Shown here piece after piece: positions 27,798 through 41,708 of a DNA stretch of 64,000 bases. The notes under the pieces were generated by a model. The model searched no databases and had not been told where the DNA came from. It was given only the letters and a program-made list of their open reading frames with translations. The translations under genes were made by a program, and so were the position numbers. Position 1 is the first letter of the stretch; each line of letters starts with the position of its first letter. Origin of the DNA: an uncultured Anaerolineales bacterium (GTDB taxonomy: Bacteria > Chloroflexota > Anaerolineae > CG2-30-64-16); the NCBI GenBank assembly GCA_964387985.1, contig CAYLZG010000005.1:10737-74736 (forward strand). The letters are read 5' to 3'.

Positions 27798-29819
27798 CTA
27801 CTCGCGCCGATAGGTCAGGATGAGAGCGCTGGGCGCCTGAGCAACGGCGACGGGAACGCCTTCTTCCATGAGCGCGCGGCCCATCATGTGCAAAACGTGT
27901 AGAGTATCAACATTGGTAACCATATACCGGGCGTCCGGGTCCAGGGCGTGCAGCCTGAAGCTCGCCGATGTGTAGGGACTGTGCGGGCGCCGGAAGACCT
28001 GCACCACCCCCTGGCCAGACTCGGGCCGGTCAAACTGCCAAGCCAGCCACACATCTTCTTCCAGGCTGTATGAAGTCAGCGGGTAGTAGTCGCCGTAGTA
28101 GTTGGGCGCTACGTGTTCCTGCCACTGGCGCTGCATTTGGCGGGCCAGGTTGTAGTCCAGATCGTCGCGCCGCATATCGTAAGCATAGGTGATGTGCGGG
28201 CACATCTCGCTGCGAAAGATGTACGGGTCGATCTGGATGGTGCCGGTGCCGTAAAACGGGATCCAGGCCGCGATGCCGTAGGTCTGGCACTGGTTGGAGG
28301 TGGGCTGAAAGATATAGTCACTGCGCAACAGAGGCACAGCCCGGCGCAGGGTTTCGATGTCGTTGCGCCGACCGCCGGATGCGCAGGTGTCGATCAGCAT
28401 GCCAGGGTGACGGCTGCGGAGCGCATCCCAGTAGGCCAGGTAACCCGTTACGTACTTGATTTCCGTGATCCCTTGGCGGTCCGGCGCGTCATGCGCCAGC
28501 CAGAAGGGCAGCGGATCGATATTGTAGTCCTGGCGGTAGAGATCGATTCCCTGCTCAGCGATGAACCTGTCGATGTGGTCGATCAACCAGCGGAGGGCTG
28601 CAGGATCGCCCATGTTGAGCAGCACCGAAGCCCTGGAAGTCTGCGGTGGGGTATCCGGACCCTGCGGTAGCGTCAGGAGCCACTCCGGGTGTGTATCATA
28701 GAGCCAGGTGCCGGGTGTGACGCGTTCCGGCTCGAACCAGACGATGATATCGACTCCTTGCGCGTGGGCATGATCCGAGATGGGGCGGAGGCCGCCAGGA
28801 AAGCGATCGGTGTCAACCTCCCATGTGCCGGTGTTGGGCCAGCCCCATATGTTCCAGTACCATCCTGCATCCATCCACCAGTAATCCAGGCGTAATTGCT
28901 CTGCCAGATAGCGATCGATAAACAGCTTCTGGCTGGCCGAGTCAGCATGGATCATTTCACTGTATTGGTGTGAACTGCAGGCAGCTACCTGCGGCTCAGG
29001 CACCTGGTCCTCTTTATTGCGGGGGGTGTTGTATGCAAGCATCCAGCGCCGCCAGATGTTCTGCGAGCGTTGATGGTCACCGCGCCAGAACTGGACGACC
29101 ATCAAAGGACCACGCACTTCTTCGTTGGGGTGCAGCACAAAGTGCGTCAGCTCCTGTCCGGCGCGCACGTGCACTGCCGTTTCGCTCGTACGCGTGAACT
29201 CCGCGGCCCACTGACCGGGCCAGCCGATGACAACGATGGCGCCCGCGGCCCCGTCCGCATTTTCCCACTCCAGGTTGAAGTAGGGCAGATCGCTGTTCGT
29301 GGGACGCCCGCCGGATGTGGTGATGCGCTTCGCAGTCGCTCCGCGCCAGCCGAGGGCAGGTCGCCAGAGGGTGGTCCTGAACGGCTGGTAGTCATCAGGG
29401 CGGCAGGGGCTGCCGGTGTTATGGTGCAGGATGAACTCGCCCGCGCCGGCGCGCGCGAAGGCCGCGTCAAACGCCTGGATGTCCTCCAGGATCGGCGTAT
29501 TGGCCGCGCCGCCGTTGCGGAAGGAAAGTGTCCACTCGACTGTCGGAAAGTCGGCGTACAGGACGATCACCCAGCGCACCATGAGACCAGTGGCCGGATC
29601 GGTCCAGGTAAGGGTGTGCTCGGTACGCTGCTCATCCAACTGGCGCGCGCCGGTTTCGAAAGGCCATTCCTGCAGCAATTGCGCAGAGGGTCGCCCACCA
29701 TAGATAAAGGAAAAGGGCCGCTCAACGGATGCAGCAGCCTGCAAACTCTCAAGCTGGCCAAGCATCCAGTGCCGGAGGTCGGCCATCTCTTCGGGACGAA
29801 TCGTGGTTGGGAAGGTCAC
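27798..29819 (-). CDS. glycoside hydrolase, divergent GH36-like family (paralog of 4451-6436)
   Basis: 673 aa; DYWWMDAGWY, CASGGRRNDIETLRRAVPLLRSDY identical signature to paralog; no signal peptide. Confidence 0.6.
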   Translation of the reverse strand: MTFPTTIRPEEMADLRHWMLGQLESLQAAASVERPFSFIYGGRPSAQLLQEWPFETGARQLDEQRTEHTLTWTDPATGLMVRWVIVLYADFPTVEWTLSFRNGGAANTPILEDIQAFDAAFARAGAGEFILHHNTGSPCRPDDYQPFRTTLWRPALGWRGATAKRITTSGGRPTNSDLPYFNLEWENADGAAGAIVVIGWPGQWAAEFTRTSETAVHVRAGQELTHFVLHPNEEVRGPLMVVQFWRGDHQRSQNIWRRWMLAYNTPRNKEDQVPEPQVAACSSHQYSEMIHADSASQKLFIDRYLAEQLRLDYWWMDAGWYWNIWGWPNTGTWEVDTDRFPGGLRPISDHAHAQGVDIIVWFEPERVTPGTWLYDTHPEWLLTLPQGPDTPPQTSRASVLLNMGDPAALRWLIDHIDRFIAEQGIDLYRQDYNIDPLPFWLAHDAPDRQGITEIKYVTGYLAYWDALRSRHPGMLIDTCASGGRRNDIETLRRAVPLLRSDYIFQPTSNQCQTYGIAAWIPFYGTGTIQIDPYIFRSEMCPHITYAYDMRRDDLDYNLARQMQRQWQEHVAPNYYGDYYPLTSYSLEEDVWLAWQFDRPESGQGVVQVFRRPHSPYTSASFRLHALDPDARYMVTNVDTLHVLHMMGRALMEEGVPVAVAQAPSALILTYRRE

Positions 29820-29930
29820 AATACCTCTCCTTGCTCATCCCAGACCAGCTGACGGGCAGCTCCGTCCAGGATCCAGATGAGACGATCAGTTTGTCCTGGT
29901 TGCGTTCAATCGGGCATCGCTCAATGCCCA

Positions 29931-31133
29931 TCAGGCCGCAGCAGTTTCTGCGCCCGAGGGCCGTTTGGTTGGCTCGCGCATCAGCACCAACAGCACGATT
30001 GCGGCCAGGGGTGCCAGGAGCGCGATCAGGAATGTGCTGCGCTGGCCGAGATACTGCAGGCCCCACCCGGTGAGGGGTGAACCGATCACCGTTCCCAGGT
30101 TGATGATGCCCCACAGCCAGGATAGCCCCAGATCGAGTGCCTCACGCGGCGCGGTATCGGTCACCAAGGCGGATGCCAGCGCGGTCGAGATGTACAGTAT
30201 CGAGTTCAGCAGCGCAGCGAGCCAGAAACTGGCCAGCCCAAAGGCGTGAGCCAAGACGGCCAGCTCCACCATGCCGGCCACGTAACAGGCTAACATCAGG
30301 CGGCGACGACCGATACGGTCGGAGAACCAGCCGAGTACCATCGGTGCAGGCAAACTGACGACCGCGCCGATCGCCGAGACGAGGGAGATTTCCGTTGCAG
30401 CAAAGCCAAGCTGACTCATCGCCATGAACAAGCCCAGACGGCCTATCAGCCAGGCCAGCGCGCTGCACAGCATGGCCCCTAGCAGCAGGACAAAGCTGGT
30501 GCTGAAGAGCGTGCGGTGGTTTCGCTGGGCGACCGCGCGCGCGACCTTTGCCACTCTGACATCGCTCAGGAACAACCCACTGATCAGGCATAGCCCGGCG
30601 GCCGTCGCGCAGACCAGGAAGAGCTCGCGGAAGCCCCAGCGGTCCGCGATGGGGCCACTGGCGACGCCGCCGATCAACAGGCTGGCATTCATCGCCAGCG
30701 TCAGGGCGCCGAAGACCCGGCCGCGCTCCGCCTGGCCGGCAAGCAAGCCGCCCATGATGGATACCAGTCCGTAACCAGCGCCGGTCGCGATGCCACCGGC
30801 GAAATTGACGATCGTCAGCTGGAGCAGAGTCTGGACGCGGCTGAAGAGTAGCATGCAGATCATCAGCGCGGCGGACGCCAGCACAAACAGCAGCTTGCGC
30901 CGCTGGCACCGATAGGCGAGTCCGCCCGCACCCACCGTGCCGATGGTCATGGCCACAGTGCCAACCGCCGTGTAATAACCCATGAACGCAGAATCGCCGC
31001 CGAGCTGCGCGATGTAGGTCGGCCACAGCGCCCCCAACCCGTTCGCGATGCTGGCGATGAGCAGGTAGGCGGTGAACAGCGCGATCAACGGTTTGGTCTG
31101 CATCGCCATCCTGCGCGTGCTGCGGCCAAACAT
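29931..31133 (-). CDS. MFS transporter
   Basis: 400 aa, ~12 predicted hydrophobic helices, MFS-like loop between TM2-3. Confidence 0.65.
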   Translation of the reverse strand: MFGRSTRRMAMQTKPLIALFTAYLLIASIANGLGALWPTYIAQLGGDSAFMGYYTAVGTVAMTIGTVGAGGLAYRCQRRKLLFVLASAALMICMLLFSRVQTLLQLTIVNFAGGIATGAGYGLVSIMGGLLAGQAERGRVFGALTLAMNASLLIGGVASGPIADRWGFRELFLVCATAAGLCLISGLFLSDVRVAKVARAVAQRNHRTLFSTSFVLLLGAMLCSALAWLIGRLGLFMAMSQLGFAATEISLVSAIGAVVSLPAPMVLGWFSDRIGRRRLMLACYVAGMVELAVLAHAFGLASFWLAALLNSILYISTALASALVTDTAPREALDLGLSWLWGIINLGTVIGSPLTGWGLQYLGQRSTFLIALLAPLAAIVLLVLMREPTKRPSGAETAAA

Positions 31134-33274
31134 TACCCGGAGACTGGCCGGTAGAACACGGTACGCGAACTGGTCGGGTAAGGCATCGTTACCGGGAAGT
31201 CGGCCAGCTCTTCACCCATGACAATTTGCTCCTCCTGCATATCCTCGACCGTGACCTGGTAGCTGCCACCCGCGTTAAGCCCCCGGAACCGGACCTGCTG
31301 GTTAACGACCGGGCAGGCCTCGCGGCGAAAGAGGACGGCGAACCCGGCATCCAGATCCGGCCGGTGGAACTGATAGCCGTACCATACGTCCTGGTCGTAA
31401 GCGTGCGGGAACAGCGGATAGAAATCGCCGAGCATGAACGGGCGTATCTTGTGGTAGATGGCCACGGTTGACCTAACCACGGCTTCTTTCGCTGGGTCCG
31501 CGGTGCTGAGCCGCCCCAGGTGGTTGGTGTAGCAGAGGATGTTGCCGGTGGTCATGCCGGAGCGGAACCCGTAGGCAGGCTCATAGTCGAAATTGCCACA
31601 ACCGTGGTTGGGCACCCAGCGGAACAGGCCACCGTTTTGTAGCTGCTCGGCGAGCGGTTGGGGGCCGAAGCATTGCATGTCGCTGTGCCAGAGCGGCAGG
31701 CCCCGGGTCAAGGTTTCCAGGTCGATGCGTCGGCCGCCGCTGGCGCAGACATCGATGACGAGGCCGGGGTGGCGGATGGCCAGCTCATCCCATAAGGCAT
31801 AAAGCCCCTCGATGTAGTGGATCTCGGTCATGCCCCGCCTGTCGGGCTGATCGTTGCGCTGCCAATACTCGAGCGGCTCGATGTTAAAGTCCCAGCGTAC
31901 CCAGTCTACCTGCCACGCGGTCACACACTCGTCCAAGGTGTTGAACAGCCAACGCCACGCCGCCGGATCATCAAGCCGGAACAGGCCGCCTGCGCTGCCC
32001 CCGTGAACGAATTCGGGGTGCTCGCGCGCGACCTGCGTGCCGAGGGCAACGCGCTCCGGCTCGAACCACAGCAGGTATTCCAACCCGGCTGCATGCGCGG
32101 CCTTGCCGATGGGCGCCAGCCCGTTGGGGTATTTCGTCCGGTCAACCTCCCAGTTGCCCGTGCCGTTGGGGAAGCCCTCTGGGTACCAGTGCTGGGGATC
32201 CATGTCGGACCAGAAGACCTCGATGCCTCGCTGGGCCAGGGCCGGCATCACGCTCAGATGCGGCCCTTCATAGCTGCCGTCGGGATCCGTCCAGTTCACG
32301 CTGCCGCAGATCGGGGCATAGACGATCTGCCCGTTCCGCCGGGGCACGTAGTGCGTCAGCAAGACCTGGCGGAACAGATTATTGCCGTAGATGGGGTCTG
32401 CACCATGCCAGAACACGGCCAGGATGCGCGGGGTGCGGATTGCCTCCCCAGGGTGCAGCACGAAGTGCGAGGTCTCCATACCGCCTTCGACGTGTAGGGG
32501 TTCACCTGCGGGCTGGGTGAAGCTCGCCTCCCATTGGCCCGACCAGCCGAGCGCGAACACCACGCCATGATCGCCGGTGGCCAAATTGAAGAAGGGCATG
32601 AAACCATCCGACGAACGCCCGCGGTTGGGCACCATCCGGAAGCGGTCGGCAGGTCCGAGCGGCTCGGTCATCGGCGCGAAGCTATACTCCGAGTTGCTCT
32701 CGCCCAGCGAATAGTGCAGGGTGAACTGCTCTTCCCGTGCGCCGAGATGGAAGTCGAGAGGCCTGATCTGCTCTAAGACGGGCGTGTCTGCTTCGCTCTT
32801 GTTCTCCAGGCGCAGAATCCACTCTACGGCGGGAAGATCGACGTACTCGATCGCGATGCATTGCACCTGGAGGCCCGTGGCCGGGTCGGAATAGGTCACC
32901 GTGTGCTCCGTGCGCGCGGCGTCAAGCTCTCGCTGACTGTATTCCCGCTGCCAGATGGGGAGCAGGTCTCCGGACGATTCTCCGGCGTAGATGAAGGAAA
33001 AGCCAGCCTGAATGCTGCCGGGCCACGGGGCTGTTGGCTCCGTTTTCCGTTGCAGCTCTCCCTGTGTAAGCTGTTCTACGACCCATTCACGAGCCGCAAG
33101 TGCAGCGTCGGCGGTCGAGCCCGTCTCAGGGACGGGCGTGGAAGCGGGAAGGTCAGTCCCCTGCACGGCAATCTTTCCTCCCTGACAGGCAACCAGTGTG
33201 CCGGATGCAGTGGCACCCCCCACGAACTTCAGCAACTCGCGCCTCGACAGGCGCACGGATGATGTGGGGTACAT
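31133..33274 (-). CDS. TAT-secreted glycoside hydrolase, divergent GH36-like family
   Basis: Start at internal ATG 33274 (GGGAGAG RBS) giving MYPTSSVRLSRRELLKFVGGATASG twin-arginine signal; DVCASGGRRIDLETL and WSDMDPQHWYPEG family motifs. Confidence 0.6.
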   Translation of the reverse strand: MYPTSSVRLSRRELLKFVGGATASGTLVACQGGKIAVQGTDLPASTPVPETGSTADAALAAREWVVEQLTQGELQRKTEPTAPWPGSIQAGFSFIYAGESSGDLLPIWQREYSQRELDAARTEHTVTYSDPATGLQVQCIAIEYVDLPAVEWILRLENKSEADTPVLEQIRPLDFHLGAREEQFTLHYSLGESNSEYSFAPMTEPLGPADRFRMVPNRGRSSDGFMPFFNLATGDHGVVFALGWSGQWEASFTQPAGEPLHVEGGMETSHFVLHPGEAIRTPRILAVFWHGADPIYGNNLFRQVLLTHYVPRRNGQIVYAPICGSVNWTDPDGSYEGPHLSVMPALAQRGIEVFWSDMDPQHWYPEGFPNGTGNWEVDRTKYPNGLAPIGKAAHAAGLEYLLWFEPERVALGTQVAREHPEFVHGGSAGGLFRLDDPAAWRWLFNTLDECVTAWQVDWVRWDFNIEPLEYWQRNDQPDRRGMTEIHYIEGLYALWDELAIRHPGLVIDVCASGGRRIDLETLTRGLPLWHSDMQCFGPQPLAEQLQNGGLFRWVPNHGCGNFDYEPAYGFRSGMTTGNILCYTNHLGRLSTADPAKEAVVRSTVAIYHKIRPFMLGDFYPLFPHAYDQDVWYGYQFHRPDLDAGFAVLFRREACPVVNQQVRFRGLNAGGSYQVTVEDMQEEQIVMGEELADFPVTMPYPTSSRTVFYRPVSG

Positions 33275-33318
33275 CGGTTCTCTCCCGTTCGCACGGTGGT
33301 CCGGCCTCGGCCTTGCCG

Positions 33319-36225
33319 TTAGCTGCCACTTGCCGCCCACCTGATCATGTTGGCCAGCAGCCGGTCGGCCACGGGATGCGTGCCAAGGTGCTCCCGTAGG
33401 CGGAGAGTGTTGACCAGGAAGCAGCCCGCGCCCAGACGATAGGCGCCGAGTGCGACGCCGGAGGTGTAGCCGGTGGGACAGGTGTAGCCGATGGCGAAGC
33501 CAGCGACGATCGTCTCGTCTGGCGGGTCCTGATCCTGGAACAGACGCAGTGGGATGATGTCCCGGTAGTACTCCCAGTCCATGATACCGCCGGATGGCAG
33601 ACCGTCGAAGATGGGATGGCGTTTCGCGACATCCTCGCGATGGTAGATGCTGTTGTAGAAGATGTCGCAGCGGCCTCGCTTGGCCAAGGGCAACCAGTGC
33701 AGCGGATCAGCGCCTTGGTCGTAGGTGGCCGGATCCAGGACGATGACCCACGCGCCCGCCGAGACCCGGCGCCAGAGTCCCTGCCAGGCAGCTGAGGCTC
33801 CCCCGGAAGCGGGGAGGTTGCCAACGAGGATCACCTCGCGCGCGTGTCCAGCTTGCGCTACCGACGCACTTGGCTCGAAGGCCTGGTAGGCGGCTCCACG
33901 ACGCGCAAGCCACTCGGCGAGCCTGCCGTCATCCTCCCACACCGTCACCGGAACGGGTAGCGCCAGGCGCGTGTCTTCACCAACATAGAAGGTCGCCCGG
34001 CCGCCCGCCGGAGCCGCGCCACGCTCGATCTGCAGGGCGAATTGATATGGGCCGGGCCGCCCATCTGCGATCACTTCTACGGCGAGGACAGGGATGGCCA
34101 GCGGCGGGTCGCTGCCCGGCGCAGGAGTCGCGACGGTCAGGTCCAGAGAGCGCTCCCAAACGATGCCGCCGGGGCCGAAGACGCGCGCCGTCGCCGGGTA
34201 GATGCCTGGAGGCAGGATGTCTTCGTTGGCGAGCACGGCCTCTAGCCGAACCGGCCGGCCCCGATAGACATGCCGCGGCTCGACGAAGAGACACCAGCGC
34301 AGCGGCGCCAGCCCGTCGGCGAGAGCGTCGAGGACGCACGGCTTGAATTCGCGCCAGGTCGTCCAGAGGCCTTCTGCCGTCATGCCCTGGTCGACCGTGC
34401 CGGTGAGGTTATAGCCGCAGATGTGCGGGTTAGCGCGGATGGCATTGAGGCTGTTGAGGCGCTGTGCCGCGTGCAGGACCTGGCTCTGGTGCAGCATATC
34501 CTCGGGGAAGGGCGCGACCTCGTCCATCCCATACCTCTGCCAATCGCGCTCATACGCCGCGGCCCAAGCATGATAGTACGCACCATCCTCGAAGAGGTCC
34601 GCCGATTTGCCGGCCTGCTCAAAGAGCCGCGTCACGCGGATTGCATTGACGGCACTGGCGATGCCGTACTCGCCGATGTAGACTGGTTTGGTATCGTGGC
34701 CCAGGTCACGCAGGAAACGGATCGTCTCCGGACTGTGCGGGGTCGGGGGGTACATGTGGGCGTCGCCGACATGCTCGAAGTAGCCGCCGGGATAGCCGCC
34801 GAAGGTATGCGGCTCCTTTAGGTTTTCATAGCGTAGAGCGCCAGGCGCCTCAGCGCCCCACTGGTGTTCCCACGCGACGGACCCGGGATTGCTGACCGAA
34901 CCGATCCCCAGCTCGCAGTCCATGCGGCCAGTATTGAGCAGGACCAAGCGCGTGGGGTCGAGAGAGCGGATCAGCGGCAGCATGCCTACGGCATGGCGGA
35001 ACACCGGGCCATCCATCGTCTCGTTCAACAGACCCCAGATGACCACGCTGGGATGGTTGCGGTCGCGGCGGATCATCTCCTCATTTGCGGCGTTAAAGCG
35101 CGCGCCGAAATGGGGCGAGTACTCCATACACCAACTCGAGTAGGCCTCTTCATACACCATCAGGCCGAGCTCGTCGCACAGGTCTAGCTGGGCAGAGGTC
35201 GCCAGGCCGGCAATGAAGCGGATTGCGTTGAATCCGGCCGCCTTGGCGTTCAGGATGTCACGGCGGAACGCGGCCGCGACCTGCGCCGGGGTCATGGCCG
35301 AGGGCCAGTCGTTGCCCGTATGTGAGCAGCGGAAGAAAATCCGTCGTCCGTTCAGGCGGAAATAGCCATTCTCGACGCGCAGATGGCGGAATCCGCAGCG
35401 TACGCTGTAGGTATGGCGGAGCGGGGGATCAACCTGCGCGGCCAGGGTGACAGCTACGCGGTAGAGGTAGGGGTCGTCCGTGCTCCAGAGGTGCGGAGAG
35501 GGCACCCTGCACGCCACCGCCGTTGTGGTCGTGCCCTGACCGCAGAGGACTTCAAGCATCGCGGTTGCGATGGGGTCTCCGCCGCCCGCCGGTTCGACCG
35601 TTACTGCCAGAGCGCCGCATGCGGGCGCTGCTACCATGTCATTGCGCACGGCGATCTTGAGATCCAGGTCGCCGGTTGCGGGATCGGGCTGCGCGAAGAG
35701 ATCCGTTACCCGGATGGCCGGCAGGACGACAACCGTGACCGGGGCGACGATGCCGCCCCGGTTGAAGGACCAGCCGATGCGATAGTCGACGCGCTTGTTG
35801 CGGTGAGGCGTTTCGTTGAGAACGATGCCGTCCACCGGCTCATCGAGCGGATTCAGTACGCAGACGGCCAGCCGGTGGTCCGCCGTAGCAGGCAGGCGAC
35901 GGACGGCATCCGTAGCATCGAGCTCGAACGGCGTCTCGCCGCCTTCATGGCTGCCGATATAGGATCCGTTGATCCACACCTGTGCCATGTAGTCGACAGC
36001 TGCAAACCGTACAAGACACCGCTGGTGGGGATCAGGTACCTCCGGGAGCCGAAAGGTAGTCCAGTACCAGGCGAGGCCGTGATAACCCGGAAAGGGCTGC
36101 TGGATCAGGCCGGGCACGGACGACGCGACGGCGTCGGGGCCTGGGCCGCGGTCGAACCACCGTTCGTCGCGGCCCACGTTCCTGGGATCGCGTGCGATCC
36201 ACCAGGGGCCGGTCAGTGTTAGCAT
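33319..36225 (-). CDS. GH2 family glycoside hydrolase (beta-galactosidase/beta-mannosidase-like)
   Basis: 968 aa; N-terminal sugar-binding domain signature FAAVDYMAQVWINGSYIGSHEGGETPFELDAT; TIM-barrel region with GH2 acid/base context. Confidence 0.75.
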   Translation of the reverse strand: MLTLTGPWWIARDPRNVGRDERWFDRGPGPDAVASSVPGLIQQPFPGYHGLAWYWTTFRLPEVPDPHQRCLVRFAAVDYMAQVWINGSYIGSHEGGETPFELDATDAVRRLPATADHRLAVCVLNPLDEPVDGIVLNETPHRNKRVDYRIGWSFNRGGIVAPVTVVVLPAIRVTDLFAQPDPATGDLDLKIAVRNDMVAAPACGALAVTVEPAGGGDPIATAMLEVLCGQGTTTTAVACRVPSPHLWSTDDPYLYRVAVTLAAQVDPPLRHTYSVRCGFRHLRVENGYFRLNGRRIFFRCSHTGNDWPSAMTPAQVAAAFRRDILNAKAAGFNAIRFIAGLATSAQLDLCDELGLMVYEEAYSSWCMEYSPHFGARFNAANEEMIRRDRNHPSVVIWGLLNETMDGPVFRHAVGMLPLIRSLDPTRLVLLNTGRMDCELGIGSVSNPGSVAWEHQWGAEAPGALRYENLKEPHTFGGYPGGYFEHVGDAHMYPPTPHSPETIRFLRDLGHDTKPVYIGEYGIASAVNAIRVTRLFEQAGKSADLFEDGAYYHAWAAAYERDWQRYGMDEVAPFPEDMLHQSQVLHAAQRLNSLNAIRANPHICGYNLTGTVDQGMTAEGLWTTWREFKPCVLDALADGLAPLRWCLFVEPRHVYRGRPVRLEAVLANEDILPPGIYPATARVFGPGGIVWERSLDLTVATPAPGSDPPLAIPVLAVEVIADGRPGPYQFALQIERGAAPAGGRATFYVGEDTRLALPVPVTVWEDDGRLAEWLARRGAAYQAFEPSASVAQAGHAREVILVGNLPASGGASAAWQGLWRRVSAGAWVIVLDPATYDQGADPLHWLPLAKRGRCDIFYNSIYHREDVAKRHPIFDGLPSGGIMDWEYYRDIIPLRLFQDQDPPDETIVAGFAIGYTCPTGYTSGVALGAYRLGAGCFLVNTLRLREHLGTHPVADRLLANMIRWAASGS

Positions 36226-38363
36226 CAGACGGCCTCGAACAGAAGCAGTTCGGATGTCAGTGCGCCCTCCAGCCGCACAGGCACACCCTGCTTCATCAGC
36301 GAAAAACCATCCACCTCGCAGGTCTGCCCGGTGTTGTCCCAGGTGACACGATAGCGCCGGGCAACATCGAGGCCGCGCAGGCGGAGCAGATATACAGGCT
36401 CGTCCGGATCGGAGAGTTGGAAGACACCTGCAATCCCCCGTGAACGGTCAGCGGAGGCCAGTTCCAGGACCCCCCACCCCTTCGGCTCCGGCCCATCGAA
36501 GGCCGGGGTATGATGGTAAATGCGACCGGTCGCCATGAAGGGTCGCACGAATTCCTTATATAGCTTGACCATATGCTGGACACGACCGAGCAGTGCCGGG
36601 CTGGCCGGCTTGCCGCGCGGAGCGAGAAAGCCCATGGTGGGCCGGACAAAGAGCAACAGCCTGGCCTGAAAGTCGACGTCGCCGGTGATGTGGCCGTCCT
36701 GACCGCCAAGCAGCCGGTCAACATATTCGGGCGGAAGCGCCATGGTCATGCCGTTCGTGATCGTGAACGAACGTGGAGCTATCTGCCAATCCGTTACCCA
36801 GGTGTGGCTGAAATTGCGCACCAGGCCGATATCGGTGCGCCCGCCACCGCCGGCACAGCTCTCGAAAATCGTGTTCGGGAAGCGCGCGCGCAGGCGCTGG
36901 TAGATGCCATAGAGCGCCTGGTAGTAGCGCCAGTAGCCATTTTCGACATATCCGTCGCGCTCGTTGTATGAGCCTGGCCCAAGGCCGCCGACGTTGTAGT
37001 CCAAGCGGAAAAAGTCTAGCTCCTCCCTTTCGATCAGGCCGGCAATCTGGCCCTCCATCCATTGAGCTGCGGCGGGCTGCGTGATATCGAGCAGACCGCC
37101 AAGACGCTGCTCACCATCGTAAGCTGTGCCCAGCCATTCGGGGTGTGCCTGCACGATGGTGCTCTTGGGACCAATGCGCTCGGCATCCATCCATAGCCCC
37201 CAGAGCAGCCCCAGCTCATGTGCGCGATCCCGAAATGGCTTCAAGCCATCAGGGAACCGCTGCCGGTCCACCTCCCAGTCCCCGACTGTGGACCACCAAT
37301 CGCTGTGAGGCGCGGCATACCAGCTTGCATCGATGAAGAACACCTCAGCCCCAGCCTTGGCGCCGTTCTCTATGGCATGCCACACGCCGTCTACTGTGAT
37401 TTCGACCTCGGGCCCGATGCCGGTTTCGATCCAGCCACCGCGGCCGCGCGCCTGGGGCAGGAAGACGCTTTTGCGAAGATGATCGTGCATGGCCTGAATG
37501 GCCTCGTCCAGATCGCCAAACACCAGGCCTAGGTGCATCTCGGGCGTGACAATCGTCTCGCCTGCAGCGATGATGCGCTGCGGAGCAGGCGCATCAGGCC
37601 CGGCGCGGAAGAAGAGGCGCGCGGAGCCGTCGGTCAGCCCCACGTCCGCATCCAGATCGAACTCGAAGGCGTAGCCGCCAGACCAGGCAAGCTGGCCGAT
37701 GAAATGCTCGCCGGTGGCATTGTTGCGCAGAACGAACATCGGGTGCCGGTGGCGATCACGGCGGAAACGACCGTCGATGCGGAAGCCGGCATTGGGCACC
37801 GGGTGCCACTGGAAATTGCCTTCATCGCCCCAGTGCGAGTCCGCCATGTAGCCGACAGAATAGAGCGGCGCGTTCCGGTCTCTCAGGTGGGCGCGCCAGC
37901 GCGGGGTGGTCTTGAGCACGCCGCTGAACGGATAGGCCGCGGCCAGGGCCGCCGGCCGGTCACCGGTGTTGGTAATCTCGAGCCAGCGCGTGAGCACCGG
38001 CGTGCCGTCGAGCAGGGTATGTACCTTGACCGTCACTGGGCGCACCTCGTGCCGGAGCGTGACGATCACATGGCGTCCCTGTGCCTCCAGGTTCTCCTCC
38101 AGCCCGCCCCAGGCCCAGTGCGAGGCGAGCAACTGACCATCGATTTCCAGCCAGAAGGCCTGGGGGGTAGGGTGCCGGGCGGGATCCAGCCGAGGGCTCT
38201 CCCAGTCATTTAGGAATCCGGCGCCATTCCAGCTCCGGCCCACATAGCGCCCTTTGATCAACGATTCTTCGTAGGCCACCAGCGCCGTCCGATAGCCCAC
38301 AGTTGGCGCAGGCTCCGTTGTCAACTGCACATCCGACCATCTCTCCGGTTCAAAGGCTACCAT
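36225..38363 (-). CDS. alpha-galactosidase, GH36 family
   Basis: 712 aa; paralog of 24666-26825 (FFIDASWY, CAGGGGRTD); start overlaps GH2 stop; stop overlaps next GH2 start by 1 nt. Confidence 0.75.
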   Translation of the reverse strand: MVAFEPERWSDVQLTTEPAPTVGYRTALVAYEESLIKGRYVGRSWNGAGFLNDWESPRLDPARHPTPQAFWLEIDGQLLASHWAWGGLEENLEAQGRHVIVTLRHEVRPVTVKVHTLLDGTPVLTRWLEITNTGDRPAALAAAYPFSGVLKTTPRWRAHLRDRNAPLYSVGYMADSHWGDEGNFQWHPVPNAGFRIDGRFRRDRHRHPMFVLRNNATGEHFIGQLAWSGGYAFEFDLDADVGLTDGSARLFFRAGPDAPAPQRIIAAGETIVTPEMHLGLVFGDLDEAIQAMHDHLRKSVFLPQARGRGGWIETGIGPEVEITVDGVWHAIENGAKAGAEVFFIDASWYAAPHSDWWSTVGDWEVDRQRFPDGLKPFRDRAHELGLLWGLWMDAERIGPKSTIVQAHPEWLGTAYDGEQRLGGLLDITQPAAAQWMEGQIAGLIEREELDFFRLDYNVGGLGPGSYNERDGYVENGYWRYYQALYGIYQRLRARFPNTIFESCAGGGGRTDIGLVRNFSHTWVTDWQIAPRSFTITNGMTMALPPEYVDRLLGGQDGHITGDVDFQARLLLFVRPTMGFLAPRGKPASPALLGRVQHMVKLYKEFVRPFMATGRIYHHTPAFDGPEPKGWGVLELASADRSRGIAGVFQLSDPDEPVYLLRLRGLDVARRYRVTWDNTGQTCEVDGFSLMKQGVPVRLEGALTSELLLFEAV

Positions 38364-38376
38364 TCTGTCGCTCCTT

Positions 38377-41380
<3,004 letters not shown>

Positions 41381-41708
41381 GCATATCTCCTTAAGACTGT
41401 AACGCTTGGGCGTCGGTCAAGGCAGCGTCTGTTTCGCGTACTTCGAGAGGTAAGGGGGGAAGCGGGCCGGTCAACTCGGTGTAAGGCTTGCAGGCCGCAG
41501 CCAGTAGCGACGCGACCAGTACGACAGCCAGGGTAAACAGGACGGACGGCAGCAGGCAGGCAGGCGCCCGTCTGCCGATGTGGAGCACTTTTGACCACGG
41601 CGGGTGTCTATGCCGCAGGACGCGGCAGCGACGCCTTGGGCGCGCGTCGCCGCGATAAACAAAGCGGTCAAGCTTCGTGGGAGGTGACCACAGCACTATG
41701 ACCTGCCA

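Noticed and set aside
29820-29930. Possible separate promoter splitting the minus-strand glycan operon between the MFS and GH36-like genes
   Set aside because: The 110-bp gap has no convincing -35/-10 pair, and the gene order continues co-directionally. Retained as a single operon with a possible internal promoter unproven.
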